Position numbers and translations under genes: made by a program. Below, one piece after another: positions 27,444 through 37,364 of a stretch of 64,000 nucleotides of DNA (the stretch's first letter is position 1; every line of letters starts with the position of its first letter). The stretch lies in NCBI GenBank assembly GCA_000989305.1, contig LBTB01000002.1, forward strand, positions 40,411 through 104,410, written 5' to 3'. The notes beneath the pieces are model-generated. The model was not told the DNA's origin. It made no database searches and was given only the letters and a program-made list of their open reading frames with translations. The DNA is from Candidatus Shapirobacteria bacterium GW2011_GWF2_37_20 (GTDB lineage: Bacteria > Patescibacteriota > Microgenomatia > UBA12405).

Positions 27444-28697
27444 ATGCAACATTTTAAAACCATTAATTGTCTTGACATCGGCACTTCGAAAATAACCTCC
27501 ATTATCGGTCAGTATCCTGAAAACGAAACCAAGATAAATGTCGTTGGTGTTGCCTCTGTTCCGGCAGTCGGTTTTAAAAAAGGTCAAATAATCAATCTGG
27601 AACAAGCCAGCAAAACTATTACCGAATGTATCGAATCTTCCGAAAGAATGGCTGGTTTTCAAATTAATCACGCCTTTATTTCCCTCACCGCTCCCCACTT
27701 TGAATCATTTAATTCCAAGGGTGTAACTGCTATTTCCGGAGCTAGCGGAGAAATATCAAGTGTAGATATTGATCGGGCCATTGAGGCCGCCAAGGCAATC
27801 TCACTGCCAGCTAATAAAGAAATTGTTCATGTAATTCCCCGTCTTTTTACCGTTGATGGTCAGGAAGGCGTCATCGACCCCATTGGAATGAGTGGTGTTC
27901 GACTAGAGGTTGAAACTCATTTAATTTTAGCCTCAACCCCGGCTTTAAAGAATCTCAACAAGTGCCTCGAAGAAATTGGTATAAAGGTCGATGCTCTTGC
28001 CTATTCCGGTTTAACTTCCGCCAAAGCTTGTTTAAGCGAAACAGAAACAGAACTTGGAGTAGCCCTTGTCGATATTGGAGGTAGCAACACCACCATTACC
28101 ATTTTCCAGGAGTCCTCACCAGTCTTTTCCGGAGTAATTCCTCTTGGTGCCAACAACATTACCAACGATTTGGCCATAGGTCTTAGACTCCCGCTCCAAG
28201 AATCAGAAAAAATTAAAATCAAACTGAAAGCTTATGCCGACAAGAAAGGCTTTGAAGACGAAATTGAATTAACTCATCTTGGCATCCTAAGTGAGGACAA
28301 GAAAAAAATCTCATTTTCCACCACTGTTAACGGCATTATCAAAGCCAGACTTGAAGAAATTTTTGGATTTATCTTTGACCAAATAGAAGACAATGGTTTT
28401 AAAAATTCTATTCCCGCCGGAATTGTTCTAACCGGTGGCGGCTCTCAAACAATTTTGGCTAAAGAAGTCTGCGCTGATGTTATCCCTTTGCCAGTCAGAA
28501 TAGCCGATCCTCCACGTCTCGGAGGCTTGGTTGACGATATAACCAACCCCGCCTTTTCCAGCACCATCGGTACTATTTTATATTTTCAAACTCATAAAAT
28601 TAATCCAAAAAACAACTCTTCAAACAAAAAAATGAAGGTTTCTTTTGATGGAATATTCGGTCGTCTTAAAGGTTTTATCGAACCTCTTTTACCTTAA
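27444..28697 (+). CDS. ftsA: Cell division protein FtsA
   Basis: LDIGTSKI, DPIGMSGVRLEV, VDIGG, ITNDLAIGL, GIVLTGGG. Confidence 0.95.
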   Translation: MQHFKTINCLDIGTSKITSIIGQYPENETKINVVGVASVPAVGFKKGQIINLEQASKTITECIESSERMAGFQINHAFISLTAPHFESFNSKGVTAISGASGEISSVDIDRAIEAAKAISLPANKEIVHVIPRLFTVDGQEGVIDPIGMSGVRLEVETHLILASTPALKNLNKCLEEIGIKVDALAYSGLTSAKACLSETETELGVALVDIGGSNTTITIFQESSPVFSGVIPLGANNITNDLAIGLRLPLQESEKIKIKLKAYADKKGFEDEIELTHLGILSEDKKKISFSTTVNGIIKARLEEIFGFIFDQIEDNGFKNSIPAGIVLTGGGSQTILAKEVCADVIPLPVRIADPPRLGGLVDDITNPAFSSTIGTILYFQTHKINPKNNSSNKKMKVSFDGIFGRLKGFIEPLLP

Positions 28698-28698
28698 C

Positions 28699-29847
28699 AT
28701 GGGCTTAATTAAAACACTTACAGGTCAATTCGCAAAAATAAAAGTCATTGGTGTCGGTGGCGGCGGTAACAATGCCGTAAACTCCATGATTTCTCAAGAA
28801 GAAATCAAGGGTGTTGATTTTATTGCTGTCAATACTGATTCTCAGGTTCTTTTAAACTCCCTGGCTCCGATCAAAATTCAAATTGGAGAAAAAATTACCA
28901 AGGGTCTTGGGGCCGGTGGTGACCCAAATGTTGGCCAACAAGCAGCTGAAGAATCCCGGGAACGAATTAAGGAAGTGCTTGAAGGTACTGACATGCTTTT
29001 TATCACCGGCGGTATGGGTGGTGGTACTTGTACTGGTGCCGCTCCCATCATTGCTGAAATTGCCAAAAAAGAACTAAATATCCTGACAATTGCCGTCGTC
29101 ACCAAACCCTTCTTGTTCGAAGGAACCCGGCGCATGAGCAAAGCCGAGGAAGGCTTGTCCCGTCTTCGACAAAATGTCGACACCCTGATTGTAATCCCAA
29201 ACCAGCGGGTTATGGAGGTAGTTAACTCTCAGGCTACTCTGCTTGAAGCCTTCAAAATTGCTGATTCTGTTTTAACCAAAGGTACCAAAGCCATTGCCGA
29301 TTTAATCACCACTTCCGGCCTGATCAACCTTGATTTTGCTGATATCAAATCTGTCATGAGCAATGCCGGTTCTGCCCTCATGGGAGTCGGGGAAGCTGAA
29401 GGAAAAAATAAGGCCCAAGACGCCGTTGAAACTGCCATTGATTCTCCGCTCGTTGAAGTTAATATTGACGGGGCCAGGGGAGTCCTTATCAATATCACCG
29501 GAGGTCCCGACATTACTATGGCCGAAATTGAAGAATCTGCCAAAACTATCACCTCTCACGTTGCTCCCGACGCTAATGTAATTTTTGGAGCTTCGATTGA
29601 CCCGGAACTCAAAGATAAAGTTAAAATCACCATCATTGCTACCGGTTTCGATCCAAGTAAAAATCTAACCCATTCTTCCTACAAAAAACCAGTTACCATG
29701 CAAAAACCCTTAATCGATGACGATTCTGAACCTCAAAAAGAACTTGATCCTAAACTTCAAAATTTGATGGCCGATCAGGAAATTCCTGCCGGAGTTGAAA
29801 TCGAAGACGAATTCGACATCCCTGCCTTTTTACGAAAAAATAGTTAA
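28699..29847 (+). CDS. ftsZ: Cell division protein FtsZ
   Basis: GVGGGGNNAV, GMGGGTCTG tubulin signature, DIPAFLRK tail; start ATG 28699. Confidence 0.97.
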   Translation: MGLIKTLTGQFAKIKVIGVGGGGNNAVNSMISQEEIKGVDFIAVNTDSQVLLNSLAPIKIQIGEKITKGLGAGGDPNVGQQAAEESRERIKEVLEGTDMLFITGGMGGGTCTGAAPIIAEIAKKELNILTIAVVTKPFLFEGTRRMSKAEEGLSRLRQNVDTLIVIPNQRVMEVVNSQATLLEAFKIADSVLTKGTKAIADLITTSGLINLDFADIKSVMSNAGSALMGVGEAEGKNKAQDAVETAIDSPLVEVNIDGARGVLINITGGPDITMAEIEESAKTITSHVAPDANVIFGASIDPELKDKVKITIIATGFDPSKNLTHSSYKKPVTMQKPLIDDDSEPQKELDPKLQNLMADQEIPAGVEIEDEFDIPAFLRKNS

Positions 29848-29855
29848 AATACACT

Positions 29856-32627
29856 ATGCCGTATTTTAAAGAACTTCCCAATACCCCAGACTTTCCTCAG
29901 CTGGAAAAAGATATTCTCACCTGGTGGCAGGATAACAATCTTGTCCAAAAATATCTTCACAAAAATGATGATTCAAAAGAAATCTTTTCTTTTATTGACG
30001 GACCTATCACCGCCAACGCCCCCATGGGAGTTCACCATGCTCGGGGAAGGACTTTAAAAGACGTCTTTCAAAGATTTAAAAACGCTCAAGGCTTTTCCCA
30101 AAGGTTTCAAAATGGTTTTGATTGTCAGGGACTTTGGGTCGAAGTTGAAGTCGAAAAAGAAAATGGTTTTAATTCTAAAAAAGATATTCAAAATTTTGGT
30201 TTAAAAAACTTTACTAAAGCTTGCCTGGCTCGGGTTGACAAATTCAGTAAAATTCAAACCGAACAATCAATTCGTCTAGGAATGTTTATGGATTGGGAAA
30301 ACTCATATTACACCAATTCCCAGACCAATAATCTCTATATCTGGCACTTTCTAAAAACTGTTTGGCAAAAAGGTTGGCTTGTTCAAAGAAAAAGTGCCAC
30401 TACTTGGTGTCCCCGCTGTGAAACCGGCCTCTCTCAACATGAGCAAGCCGATGGATATCAAATGGATACCGACACTTCTGTTTTTCTAAAATTCAAATTA
30501 AGCGACAGGAAAAATGAATATTTTCTTGCTTGGACTACAACGCCCTGGACTCTCGCCGCCAATGTTTTATTGGCTATTAATACTAAATTTGAATATGTCA
30601 AAGCCAAATATGAAAATCAAATTTTGTATTTAGCCAAAGAATCTGCCGACAGACTGGGCATAACTGATTACAAGAACATAGACCCTAAAACTTTACTAAA
30701 TCTTAAATACGAATCATTGTTTGATATTCCCGCCCAAAAGGGGATTAAGCACTATATTACTCAATGGGACCAGGTCAATCCTTCCGAAGGTACTGGAGTT
30801 GTCCATATCGCCCCCGGCTGTGGTCAGGAAGATTTTGAATTAGGTAAAAAACTAAATTCCGATATGTTATCGCCCTTAACCGAAAATGGTCACTTTATTG
30901 AAAACTATGGTTTTCTAACCGGAAAATATGCCCACGGAGTCAATGATGAAGTTATTAAATACTTAGAATCCAATAACTCTTTATTTAAAACTGAAGCCGT
31001 CACTCATCGCTACCCCCATTGCTGGCGCTGTAAAACAAAGTGTCTCTTCCGTTTGGAAAATTCCTGGTATATTAATTCCGATGAAATTCGCCCTCTCCTA
31101 AAGGAAGCTGCAAAAAAAGTTGACTGGCATCCAAAATATACCGCTCGCCGGATGCAAAATTGGCTTGATTCTATGGAAGATTGGATGATTAGTCGCAAAC
31201 GTTTCTACGGCCTCGCCCTTCCTTTTTATCAATGTAGTTGTGGTGAATTAACTGTCATTGGTTCTAAAGAAGAACTAAAGGAAAAAGCTATTAATCCTAA
31301 ATTAATCGACAAACTACCTTCATTTCATCGACCCTGGATTGATGAAATAGAAATAAAATGCCCAAAATGCGGCAAAAATGTCAAACGTATTCCTGACGTC
31401 GGCGACGTTTGGCTTGATGCTGGAGTTGTTCCTTTTTCAACCCTAAAATACCTCGATGATAAAACCTATTGGCAAAAGTGGTTCCCCGCCCAAATGGTTC
31501 TGGAAATGACCGAACAAATACGTTTATGGTTTTATTCCATGCTTTACTTTAGTGTTACTTTTGAGGGTACCGCGCCTTACAAAAGTGTTGTTACTTACTC
31601 CGAAGTTCGTGATCAAAAAGGAGAGCGCATGAGCAAGACCAAGAAAAATGGCATTCCCTTTGACGAAGCTGTTGATAAAATGGGGGCCGACCCCATGCGT
31701 TGGCTTTATTGCCAACAAAAAGCTCACGCCAGTGTTAACTTTGGCTACAATATCGCCGACCAGGTAAAGCGTGATTTCCTTTTAATTCTTTGGAATTCCT
31801 ATCGTTTTTTCACCCAACACGCCAATCTTGAAAACTGGCAACCTCCAAAAAACTCAAGCCCAAGCGAGACCAAACATCCTATGGATAAATGGCTACTGTC
31901 ACGTCTGCACCACACCATCGAGCTCTCAACAAAAAACCTTGAAAAATATAACACCTCAAAAGTCACTGAAAGTATCGAAAAATTTGTCAACGATCTTTCC
32001 ACTTGGTACATTCGACGTTCCCGTGACCGAAATGATAATTTCGAACTATTGTCTCTTGTCTTTGACAACTTATTTAAACTAATGGCTCCCGTTACCCCTT
32101 TCTTAAGTGAAACTTTATATCAAAATCTAAATTCTCAAAAATCAGTACATTTGGAAAAATGGCCACTAAATGACAACTCCTTCATTGATGAAAAATTAGA
32201 AAAAGACATGGACCTCGTTAGAACACTTTGTCAACTAGCCCACGCCCAAAGACAAGTTGCCAATATTAAAATTCGTCAGCCATTATCAAATCTTGATCTT
32301 CACTGCCCCACAGAATTGAGCCCGGAACTTTTAGCTATTATTGGCGAAGAAGTAAACATCAAAACAGTTAAGATTACAAAAATCACTGACACTGTTAAAG
32401 TAATTTTGGAAACAACAATTACTCCCGAACTTGCCGCTGAAGGTGAATATCGAGATCTGATCAGAAACATCCAGGTTCTCAGAAAAAATCAGGGCTTACT
32501 CGTCCAAGATAGAATTAAAATACGCGCCCCCTCATGGCCCAAAGAATTCGAAAAACAAATTTTGGAAAAAACCCTTGCCGATTCTTTGGAAATAGGGGAC
32601 ATTCTCAGTCTTGAAAAAAGCTCATGA
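29856..32627 (+). CDS. ileS: Isoleucine--tRNA ligase, type 2
   Basis: DGPITAN..GVHH, WTTTPWTL, GTGVVHIAP, YPHCWRC, RMSKT; type-2 C-terminus. Confidence 0.93.
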   Translation: MPYFKELPNTPDFPQLEKDILTWWQDNNLVQKYLHKNDDSKEIFSFIDGPITANAPMGVHHARGRTLKDVFQRFKNAQGFSQRFQNGFDCQGLWVEVEVEKENGFNSKKDIQNFGLKNFTKACLARVDKFSKIQTEQSIRLGMFMDWENSYYTNSQTNNLYIWHFLKTVWQKGWLVQRKSATTWCPRCETGLSQHEQADGYQMDTDTSVFLKFKLSDRKNEYFLAWTTTPWTLAANVLLAINTKFEYVKAKYENQILYLAKESADRLGITDYKNIDPKTLLNLKYESLFDIPAQKGIKHYITQWDQVNPSEGTGVVHIAPGCGQEDFELGKKLNSDMLSPLTENGHFIENYGFLTGKYAHGVNDEVIKYLESNNSLFKTEAVTHRYPHCWRCKTKCLFRLENSWYINSDEIRPLLKEAAKKVDWHPKYTARRMQNWLDSMEDWMISRKRFYGLALPFYQCSCGELTVIGSKEELKEKAINPKLIDKLPSFHRPWIDEIEIKCPKCGKNVKRIPDVGDVWLDAGVVPFSTLKYLDDKTYWQKWFPAQMVLEMTEQIRLWFYSMLYFSVTFEGTAPYKSVVTYSEVRDQKGERMSKTKKNGIPFDEAVDKMGADPMRWLYCQQKAHASVNFGYNIADQVKRDFLLILWNSYRFFTQHANLENWQPPKNSSPSETKHPMDKWLLSRLHHTIELSTKNLEKYNTSKVTESIEKFVNDLSTWYIRRSRDRNDNFELLSLVFDNLFKLMAPVTPFLSETLYQNLNSQKSVHLEKWPLNDNSFIDEKLEKDMDLVRTLCQLAHAQRQVANIKIRQPLSNLDLHCPTELSPELLAIIGEEVNIKTVKITKITDTVKVILETTITPELAAEGEYRDLIRNIQVLRKNQGLLVQDRIKIRAPSWPKEFEKQILEKTLADSLEIGDILSLEKSS

Positions 32628-33622
32628 GAAAAAAAATTCCTATCGCTCTTATCATCAGTCTAATAGTCCTCTCCTCACTTAATTTGCTGATGATTAGTTC
32701 CTTAGCTCCGTCACTTTTTTGGAAACAATTATTAGCCTGGATTATCGGAATCGGCTTGTTTGTCTTCGGTATGCAGATTAACCCCAAACAAACTAAAGCT
32801 CAGGGGCCACTCCTCCTAATCATTTCTTGCATAATTCTATTACTACCCATACTGGCCGGAAATTTCACCCGTGGCTCCCGTCGTTGGCTCTACATCGGCC
32901 CAATGTCATTACAGCCAAGTGAAATTGTCAAAGGTCCTCTCATGCTTTTTTTATCAACTACCAGCCTTCCTCTTCTTCACCTTATCCCAGTGGGAATTAT
33001 CATGCTTCAGCCGGATTTAGGAAGTGCCATTACTGTCTTTATCCTGATTATTCCCATAATTCTTTATAGTAAAAAATTATTCAAGCTTAGTCTCATTGCT
33101 GGAGCTATCTTTCTTCTTATCTCTCCCTTAAGTTATAAGTATATTCTCAAAGATTATCAGCGTCAGAGAATTGAACACTTTTTAAACCCTGCCTCCGACC
33201 CGCTAGGTCAGGGATATAACTTAATTCAGTCTCAAATTGCCATTGGCTCCGGCGGTCTCTTTGGTAAAGGTTACCGTAAAGGCACCCAGGGACAATTACT
33301 CTTCTTGCCCGAAAAACATTCCGATTTTATTTTTGCTTCTACTACTGAAGAATTAGGTCTCTTTGCTGTTCTACTTATTATTACTTCCTATTTTTTAATC
33401 ATAAAAACCCTCCTTGTCAAAGCCTTTCAAACAACCAACAACTTACCTCTTTTTCTTTTTACTCTCGGCATTGCCATTGAAATTTGGGTCCAAGCCTTTA
33501 TCAATATCGGTATGAATTTAGGTCTACTGCCGGTTACCGGAATTCCTCTGCCTTTCATGTCAGTCGGCGGTTCTTCTATTATGGCCCTCCTCTTTTCTCT
33601 TGGTGTTATTTCCTCCGCCTAA
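32624..33622 (+). CDS. rodA: SEDS protein RodA
   Basis: RGSRRW, QPSE, QPDLGSA, DPLGQGYNLIQSQIAIGSGG, LPEKHSDFIF. Confidence 0.9.
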   Translation: MRKKIPIALIISLIVLSSLNLLMISSLAPSLFWKQLLAWIIGIGLFVFGMQINPKQTKAQGPLLLIISCIILLLPILAGNFTRGSRRWLYIGPMSLQPSEIVKGPLMLFLSTTSLPLLHLIPVGIIMLQPDLGSAITVFILIIPIILYSKKLFKLSLIAGAIFLLISPLSYKYILKDYQRQRIEHFLNPASDPLGQGYNLIQSQIAIGSGGLFGKGYRKGTQGQLLFLPEKHSDFIFASTTEELGLFAVLLIITSYFLIIKTLLVKAFQTTNNLPLFLFTLGIAIEIWVQAFINIGMNLGLLPVTGIPLPFMSVGGSSIMALLFSLGVISSA

Positions 33623-33651
33623 AAATTTATCCTATGATATAATCGAAAAGT

Positions 33652-33957
33652 ATGAAATATGCGGTAATTGCCATTTCTGGCACACAATACAAAGTTGAAG
33701 AAAATCAAACCATTACGGTCGACAAATTTGATCCCACCATTAAATCGACCGATCAAGTTCTTTTAACCGTCAATGACGACAAAATTACTGTCGGTACTCC
33801 TCTGGTTAAAGGTGCCTCCGTTGACTTTGAATCAGTCAGAGACTATCAGGGAGAAAAACTCCGTGTCTCGACTTTTAAAGCCAAATCCCGTTATCGAAAA
33901 ACCCGTGGTTTTAGGGCTCAATTAGCCGACATTAAAATTACCAAAATTAATCTCTAA
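33652..33957 (+). CDS. rplU: 50S ribosomal protein L21
   Basis: YAVIAISGTQYKV, VGTPLV, FKAKSRYRKTRGFR. Confidence 0.95.
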   Translation: MKYAVIAISGTQYKVEENQTITVDKFDPTIKSTDQVLLTVNDDKITVGTPLVKGASVDFESVRDYQGEKLRVSTFKAKSRYRKTRGFRAQLADIKITKINL

Positions 33958-33960
33958 ACA

Positions 33961-34395
33961 ATGGCACATACAAAATCCCAAGGAAAAACTAATCAAAAAT
34001 CAAATCGTCCCGGTCAAAGACGAGGCATCAAAAAATTTGGTGATCAAAAAATTTCTGTTGGCCAAATTATTGTCCGTCAAGTTGGCTCCAAAGTTCATGG
34101 GGGAGTTGGTACCAAAACTGGTAAAGATTTCACTGTTTATGCTATGCGTCCCGGTATAGTCAAGTTTTTCACAAAATTAGGCAAAAAATTCGTTTCTGTT
34201 GTTAAGGCTAATAAAAATGTTAAAAAAGCTGAGAAAAAAAGTGTTGAACATACTAGTAAAATTGTCAAAGCCAAATATGTCACTAAAAAAGCTGTTACCG
34301 AAAAAGTAGCCGTAAAAGCTATTAAGAAAACAGTCAAAAAACCCGTAAAGAAAACAGTCAAAAAAACTGCCTCCACCACTAAAGCTAAAAACTGA
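33961..34395 (+). CDS. rpmA: 50S ribosomal protein L27 with Lys-rich C-terminal extension
   Basis: MAHTKSQG, RRGIKKFG, GQIIVRQ, GKDFTVYA; follows rplU. Confidence 0.93.
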   Translation: MAHTKSQGKTNQKSNRPGQRRGIKKFGDQKISVGQIIVRQVGSKVHGGVGTKTGKDFTVYAMRPGIVKFFTKLGKKFVSVVKANKNVKKAEKKSVEHTSKIVKAKYVTKKAVTEKVAVKAIKKTVKKPVKKTVKKTASTTKAKN

Positions 34396-34445
34396 CACAT
34401 TTCATCACACTTTTTTCACGAGGGTTTTCATAGTAGACTCTTTAC

Positions 34446-35294
34446 ATGAAAGATGTCACTCAAATTCCAACCAACCAGCTTGAACCAAATCCCTTACAAC
34501 CCAGAGGCACCATCAACCCTGATTCGGTTGCCGAATTAGTCGAGTCTATCCGTGAACACGGCATCTTGGAGCCTTTGATTATCGCCCAAACTCCGGCCGG
34601 CTATCAAATTATTGCCGGTGAGCGTCGGTGGCGTGCCGCCCGTATCTTAAAATTACCCTACGTTCCAGCAATTATCAAAAAAACTACCCCCCAGCAAATG
34701 CTGGAAATGGCCATTGTTGAAAATGTTCAACGTAAAGATTTAAATCCAATTGAAAGAGCCAAAGCTTTTTTAAGACTTAAAGAAGAATTCGGTCTTGATA
34801 ATCACGGTATTGCCAAAAAAGTCAGCAAAAGTGTTCCTTATATTATTAATGTTCTAAAGCTTCTCAGTTTACCTGACGCCATCAAAGATGGGTTATTGTC
34901 TGGATTAATCTCCGAAGGTCATGCTAGAGCTCTCAGCGGCATTGCTGATACCCGTTTAATGATCGAGGCATACAAAATTATTCTCAAAGAAAAGGCCTCG
35001 GTTCGACGTGCCGAAGAAATCGCCAGACGCATGCGTCAAAAAATTGATGAAGGACTTATTCCCATCAACAAAGAAAATATACCCCAATTTTTAAAATCCC
35101 GTCTCGACAATATCAGTTCAGATCTTGAATCTATTTTTGACGATAAAACTACTAAGGTAAAAATTTCTCAAACCAATATTTACACTCGGGTTATTTTTCA
35201 ATTTCGGGGTCCAGTCGAGAAACGTTTTCAGCAACTTAGCGAATTATACAAAGAAGTCTGTAAAAAAGATTTACAACCTGATAGTCGGGATTAA
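34446..35294 (+). CDS. parB: ParB/Spo0J chromosome partitioning protein
   Basis: PNPLQPR, YQIIAGERRWRAA, AIVENVQRKDLNPIE, ISEGHARAL. Confidence 0.93.
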   Translation: MKDVTQIPTNQLEPNPLQPRGTINPDSVAELVESIREHGILEPLIIAQTPAGYQIIAGERRWRAARILKLPYVPAIIKKTTPQQMLEMAIVENVQRKDLNPIERAKAFLRLKEEFGLDNHGIAKKVSKSVPYIINVLKLLSLPDAIKDGLLSGLISEGHARALSGIADTRLMIEAYKIILKEKASVRRAEEIARRMRQKIDEGLIPINKENIPQFLKSRLDNISSDLESIFDDKTTKVKISQTNIYTRVIFQFRGPVEKRFQQLSELYKEVCKKDLQPDSRD

Positions 35295-35849
35295 ACCCAT
35301 TGCCGAAATTGGCCAGTACTTAAAGAATGCCTTGCCTAAAATTAATTCTTTATTAATTGGTCCAAATTCACGGCTATCACGGGAATGAGATCGATTATCT
35401 CCGAAAACTAAAAACTGACCTTCAGGTACCGATACTTCCAATCCTTCCTGACAAAATTCTCCTGGCAATGTCACATAGTCATCAGGCAAAAAGTTCTGCT
35501 CCAACAATTGACCATTCAAATATACCTTGTTGTTTTCCACCATTACTCTATCACCAGGTAAACCTATTATTCTCTTTATATACTCACATTCATCTTCAGC
35601 GCAGGCTTCAGTTGCCGGAGCCTTAAACACCACCACATCACCCCGCATCGGCTGTGAAAATTGATAGCTAAGCTTATCGGTCAATAAATACTCTCCGTCA
35701 GTAAAATTTGGTACCATTGAACTTCCCTTAACTTGATTGGGTTGAGCTACAAATAAATACAAGAGAACAAAGACTGACAGAGCCAAAACAATTGACTGAA
35801 CAAACTCTAAAATAAAATTTCCCAGTGAAAACGCCTTTCTAAATTTCAT
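35271..35849 (-). CDS. lepB: Signal peptidase I
   Basis: GSSMVPN, RGDVVVF, YIKRIIGLPGD, GDNRSHSRDSR. Confidence 0.95.
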   Translation of the reverse strand: MKFRKAFSLGNFILEFVQSIVLALSVFVLLYLFVAQPNQVKGSSMVPNFTDGEYLLTDKLSYQFSQPMRGDVVVFKAPATEACAEDECEYIKRIIGLPGDRVMVENNKVYLNGQLLEQNFLPDDYVTLPGEFCQEGLEVSVPEGQFLVFGDNRSHSRDSREFGPINKELILGKAFFKYWPISAMGLIPTIRL

Positions 35850-35913
35850 AATGTTTAAGTATATATTTCTCCCGCAACAACTACAATCCTTTGTTTTGGT
35901 ATAATTTCCCCAA

Positions 35914-35985
35914 GGCCGCTTGGCTCAGTGGTAGAGCATTCCATTCACATTGGAAAGGTCAAAGGTTCGATCCCTTTAGCGGCCA
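35914..35985 (+). tRNA. tRNA-Val(CAC)
   Basis: GGCCGCT...AGCGGCC-A acceptor; anticodon arm TTCCA-TTCACAT-TGGAA; GGTTCGATCC T arm; TATAAT upstream. Confidence 0.95.
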
Positions 35986-36028
35986 CTTATAAATTGACTA
36001 GTTACTATCCTCAGTCTAAAATTCAAAC

Positions 36029-37363
36029 ATGTATAAACTCAACCAATTTCTTGAATCCGTCAAATTAAATAATCCCGGCGAAACCGAATTTCTCCAGGCT
36101 GTTACTGAATTCGCCACTTCAGTCATTGATTTTGTCAACAAAAATCCCGCCTATGAACAGGCAAAAATCCTTGAAAGAATCGTTGAACCTGAAAGAAATA
36201 TTTCCTTTAGAGTCACTTGGACCAATGATAAAGGCGAGGTTCAAGTCAATCGCGGCTACCGCATCGAATTTAATTCTGCCATTGGTCCTTACAAGGGAGG
36301 TCTTCGTTTTCATCCGACCGTTAATTCCAGCATCTTAAAATTTTTAGGTTTTGAACAAATTTTCAAAAATTCTCTTACGGGTTTACCCATGGGTGGAGGA
36401 AAAGGTGGGTCCGATTTTGATCCACATGAAAAAACTGATTCTGAAGTTATGAAATTTTGTCAAGCATTCATGAGCGAACTTTATCGCCATATCGGACCAA
36501 ATACCGATGTTCCCGCCGGTGATATCGGCGTTGGTGGTCGAGAAATTGGATATCTTTTCGGTCAATACAAAAAACTAAAAAATGAATTTTCCGGTGTTCT
36601 AACCGGCAAGGGCTTTAATTGGGGTGGTTCTCTTATCCGTCCCGAGGCCACTGGTTTTGGTTTAGTCTATTTCGTCAACGAAATGTTAAAAAATCAAAAA
36701 GATTCTTTAAAAGGTAAAAATGTCTTAATCTCTGGATCCGGTAATGTTGCTCAGTTTGCCGCTCAAAAAGTTATTGAACTTGGCGGTAAATTATTAACCA
36801 TGTCCGATTCCGACGGCACTGTCTACGACAAGGATGGAATTACTCAAGAAAAACTTCAATTTATTATGGATCTAAAAAACAAACAACGCGGCCGTATTAA
36901 AGATTACGCCGACAAATACCACACCGAATATCTTGATGGCAAAAAACCTTGGTCCCTAAAAGCCGACATAGCTCTACCCTGCGCCACTCAAAACGAAATC
37001 GAATTAGAGGATGCTAAGGAATTAGTTTCCAGCGGTGTCATTTTGGTAGGGGAGGGAGCCAACATGCCTCTAAGCAACGATGCTATTGACTATCTTCATT
37101 CTGAAAAAGTTCTTCATTCTCCGGGGAAAGCCAGTAATGCTGGTGGAGTCGCAGTTTCAGGACTCGAAATGTCACAAAATTCTCTTCGTCTTCAATGGTC
37201 CAGAGATGAATTAGACGAAAGACTTCAAAACATCATGAAAGACATTCATCACAAGTGCGTTGAGTACGGCACCGAAAATGGCTATGTAAATTATGTCAAG
37301 GGTGCTAACATTGCCGGCTTCAAAAAAGTCGCCGATGCCATGCTCGACCAGGGAATAGTTTAA
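36029..37363 (+). CDS. gdhA: NADP-specific glutamate dehydrogenase
   Basis: GPYKGGLRFHP, MGGGKGGSDFDP, DVPAGDIGVG, GSGNVAQ, EGANMP. Confidence 0.96.
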   Translation: MYKLNQFLESVKLNNPGETEFLQAVTEFATSVIDFVNKNPAYEQAKILERIVEPERNISFRVTWTNDKGEVQVNRGYRIEFNSAIGPYKGGLRFHPTVNSSILKFLGFEQIFKNSLTGLPMGGGKGGSDFDPHEKTDSEVMKFCQAFMSELYRHIGPNTDVPAGDIGVGGREIGYLFGQYKKLKNEFSGVLTGKGFNWGGSLIRPEATGFGLVYFVNEMLKNQKDSLKGKNVLISGSGNVAQFAAQKVIELGGKLLTMSDSDGTVYDKDGITQEKLQFIMDLKNKQRGRIKDYADKYHTEYLDGKKPWSLKADIALPCATQNEIELEDAKELVSSGVILVGEGANMPLSNDAIDYLHSEKVLHSPGKASNAGGVAVSGLEMSQNSLRLQWSRDELDERLQNIMKDIHHKCVEYGTENGYVNYVKGANIAGFKKVADAMLDQGIV

Positions 37364-37364
37364 A

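Noticed and set aside
34300-34380. Repeated AAGAAAACAGTCAAAAAA as a possible CRISPR or tandem array
   Set aside because: Only two copies, in frame within the L27 Lys-rich tail; no spacers or cas genes.
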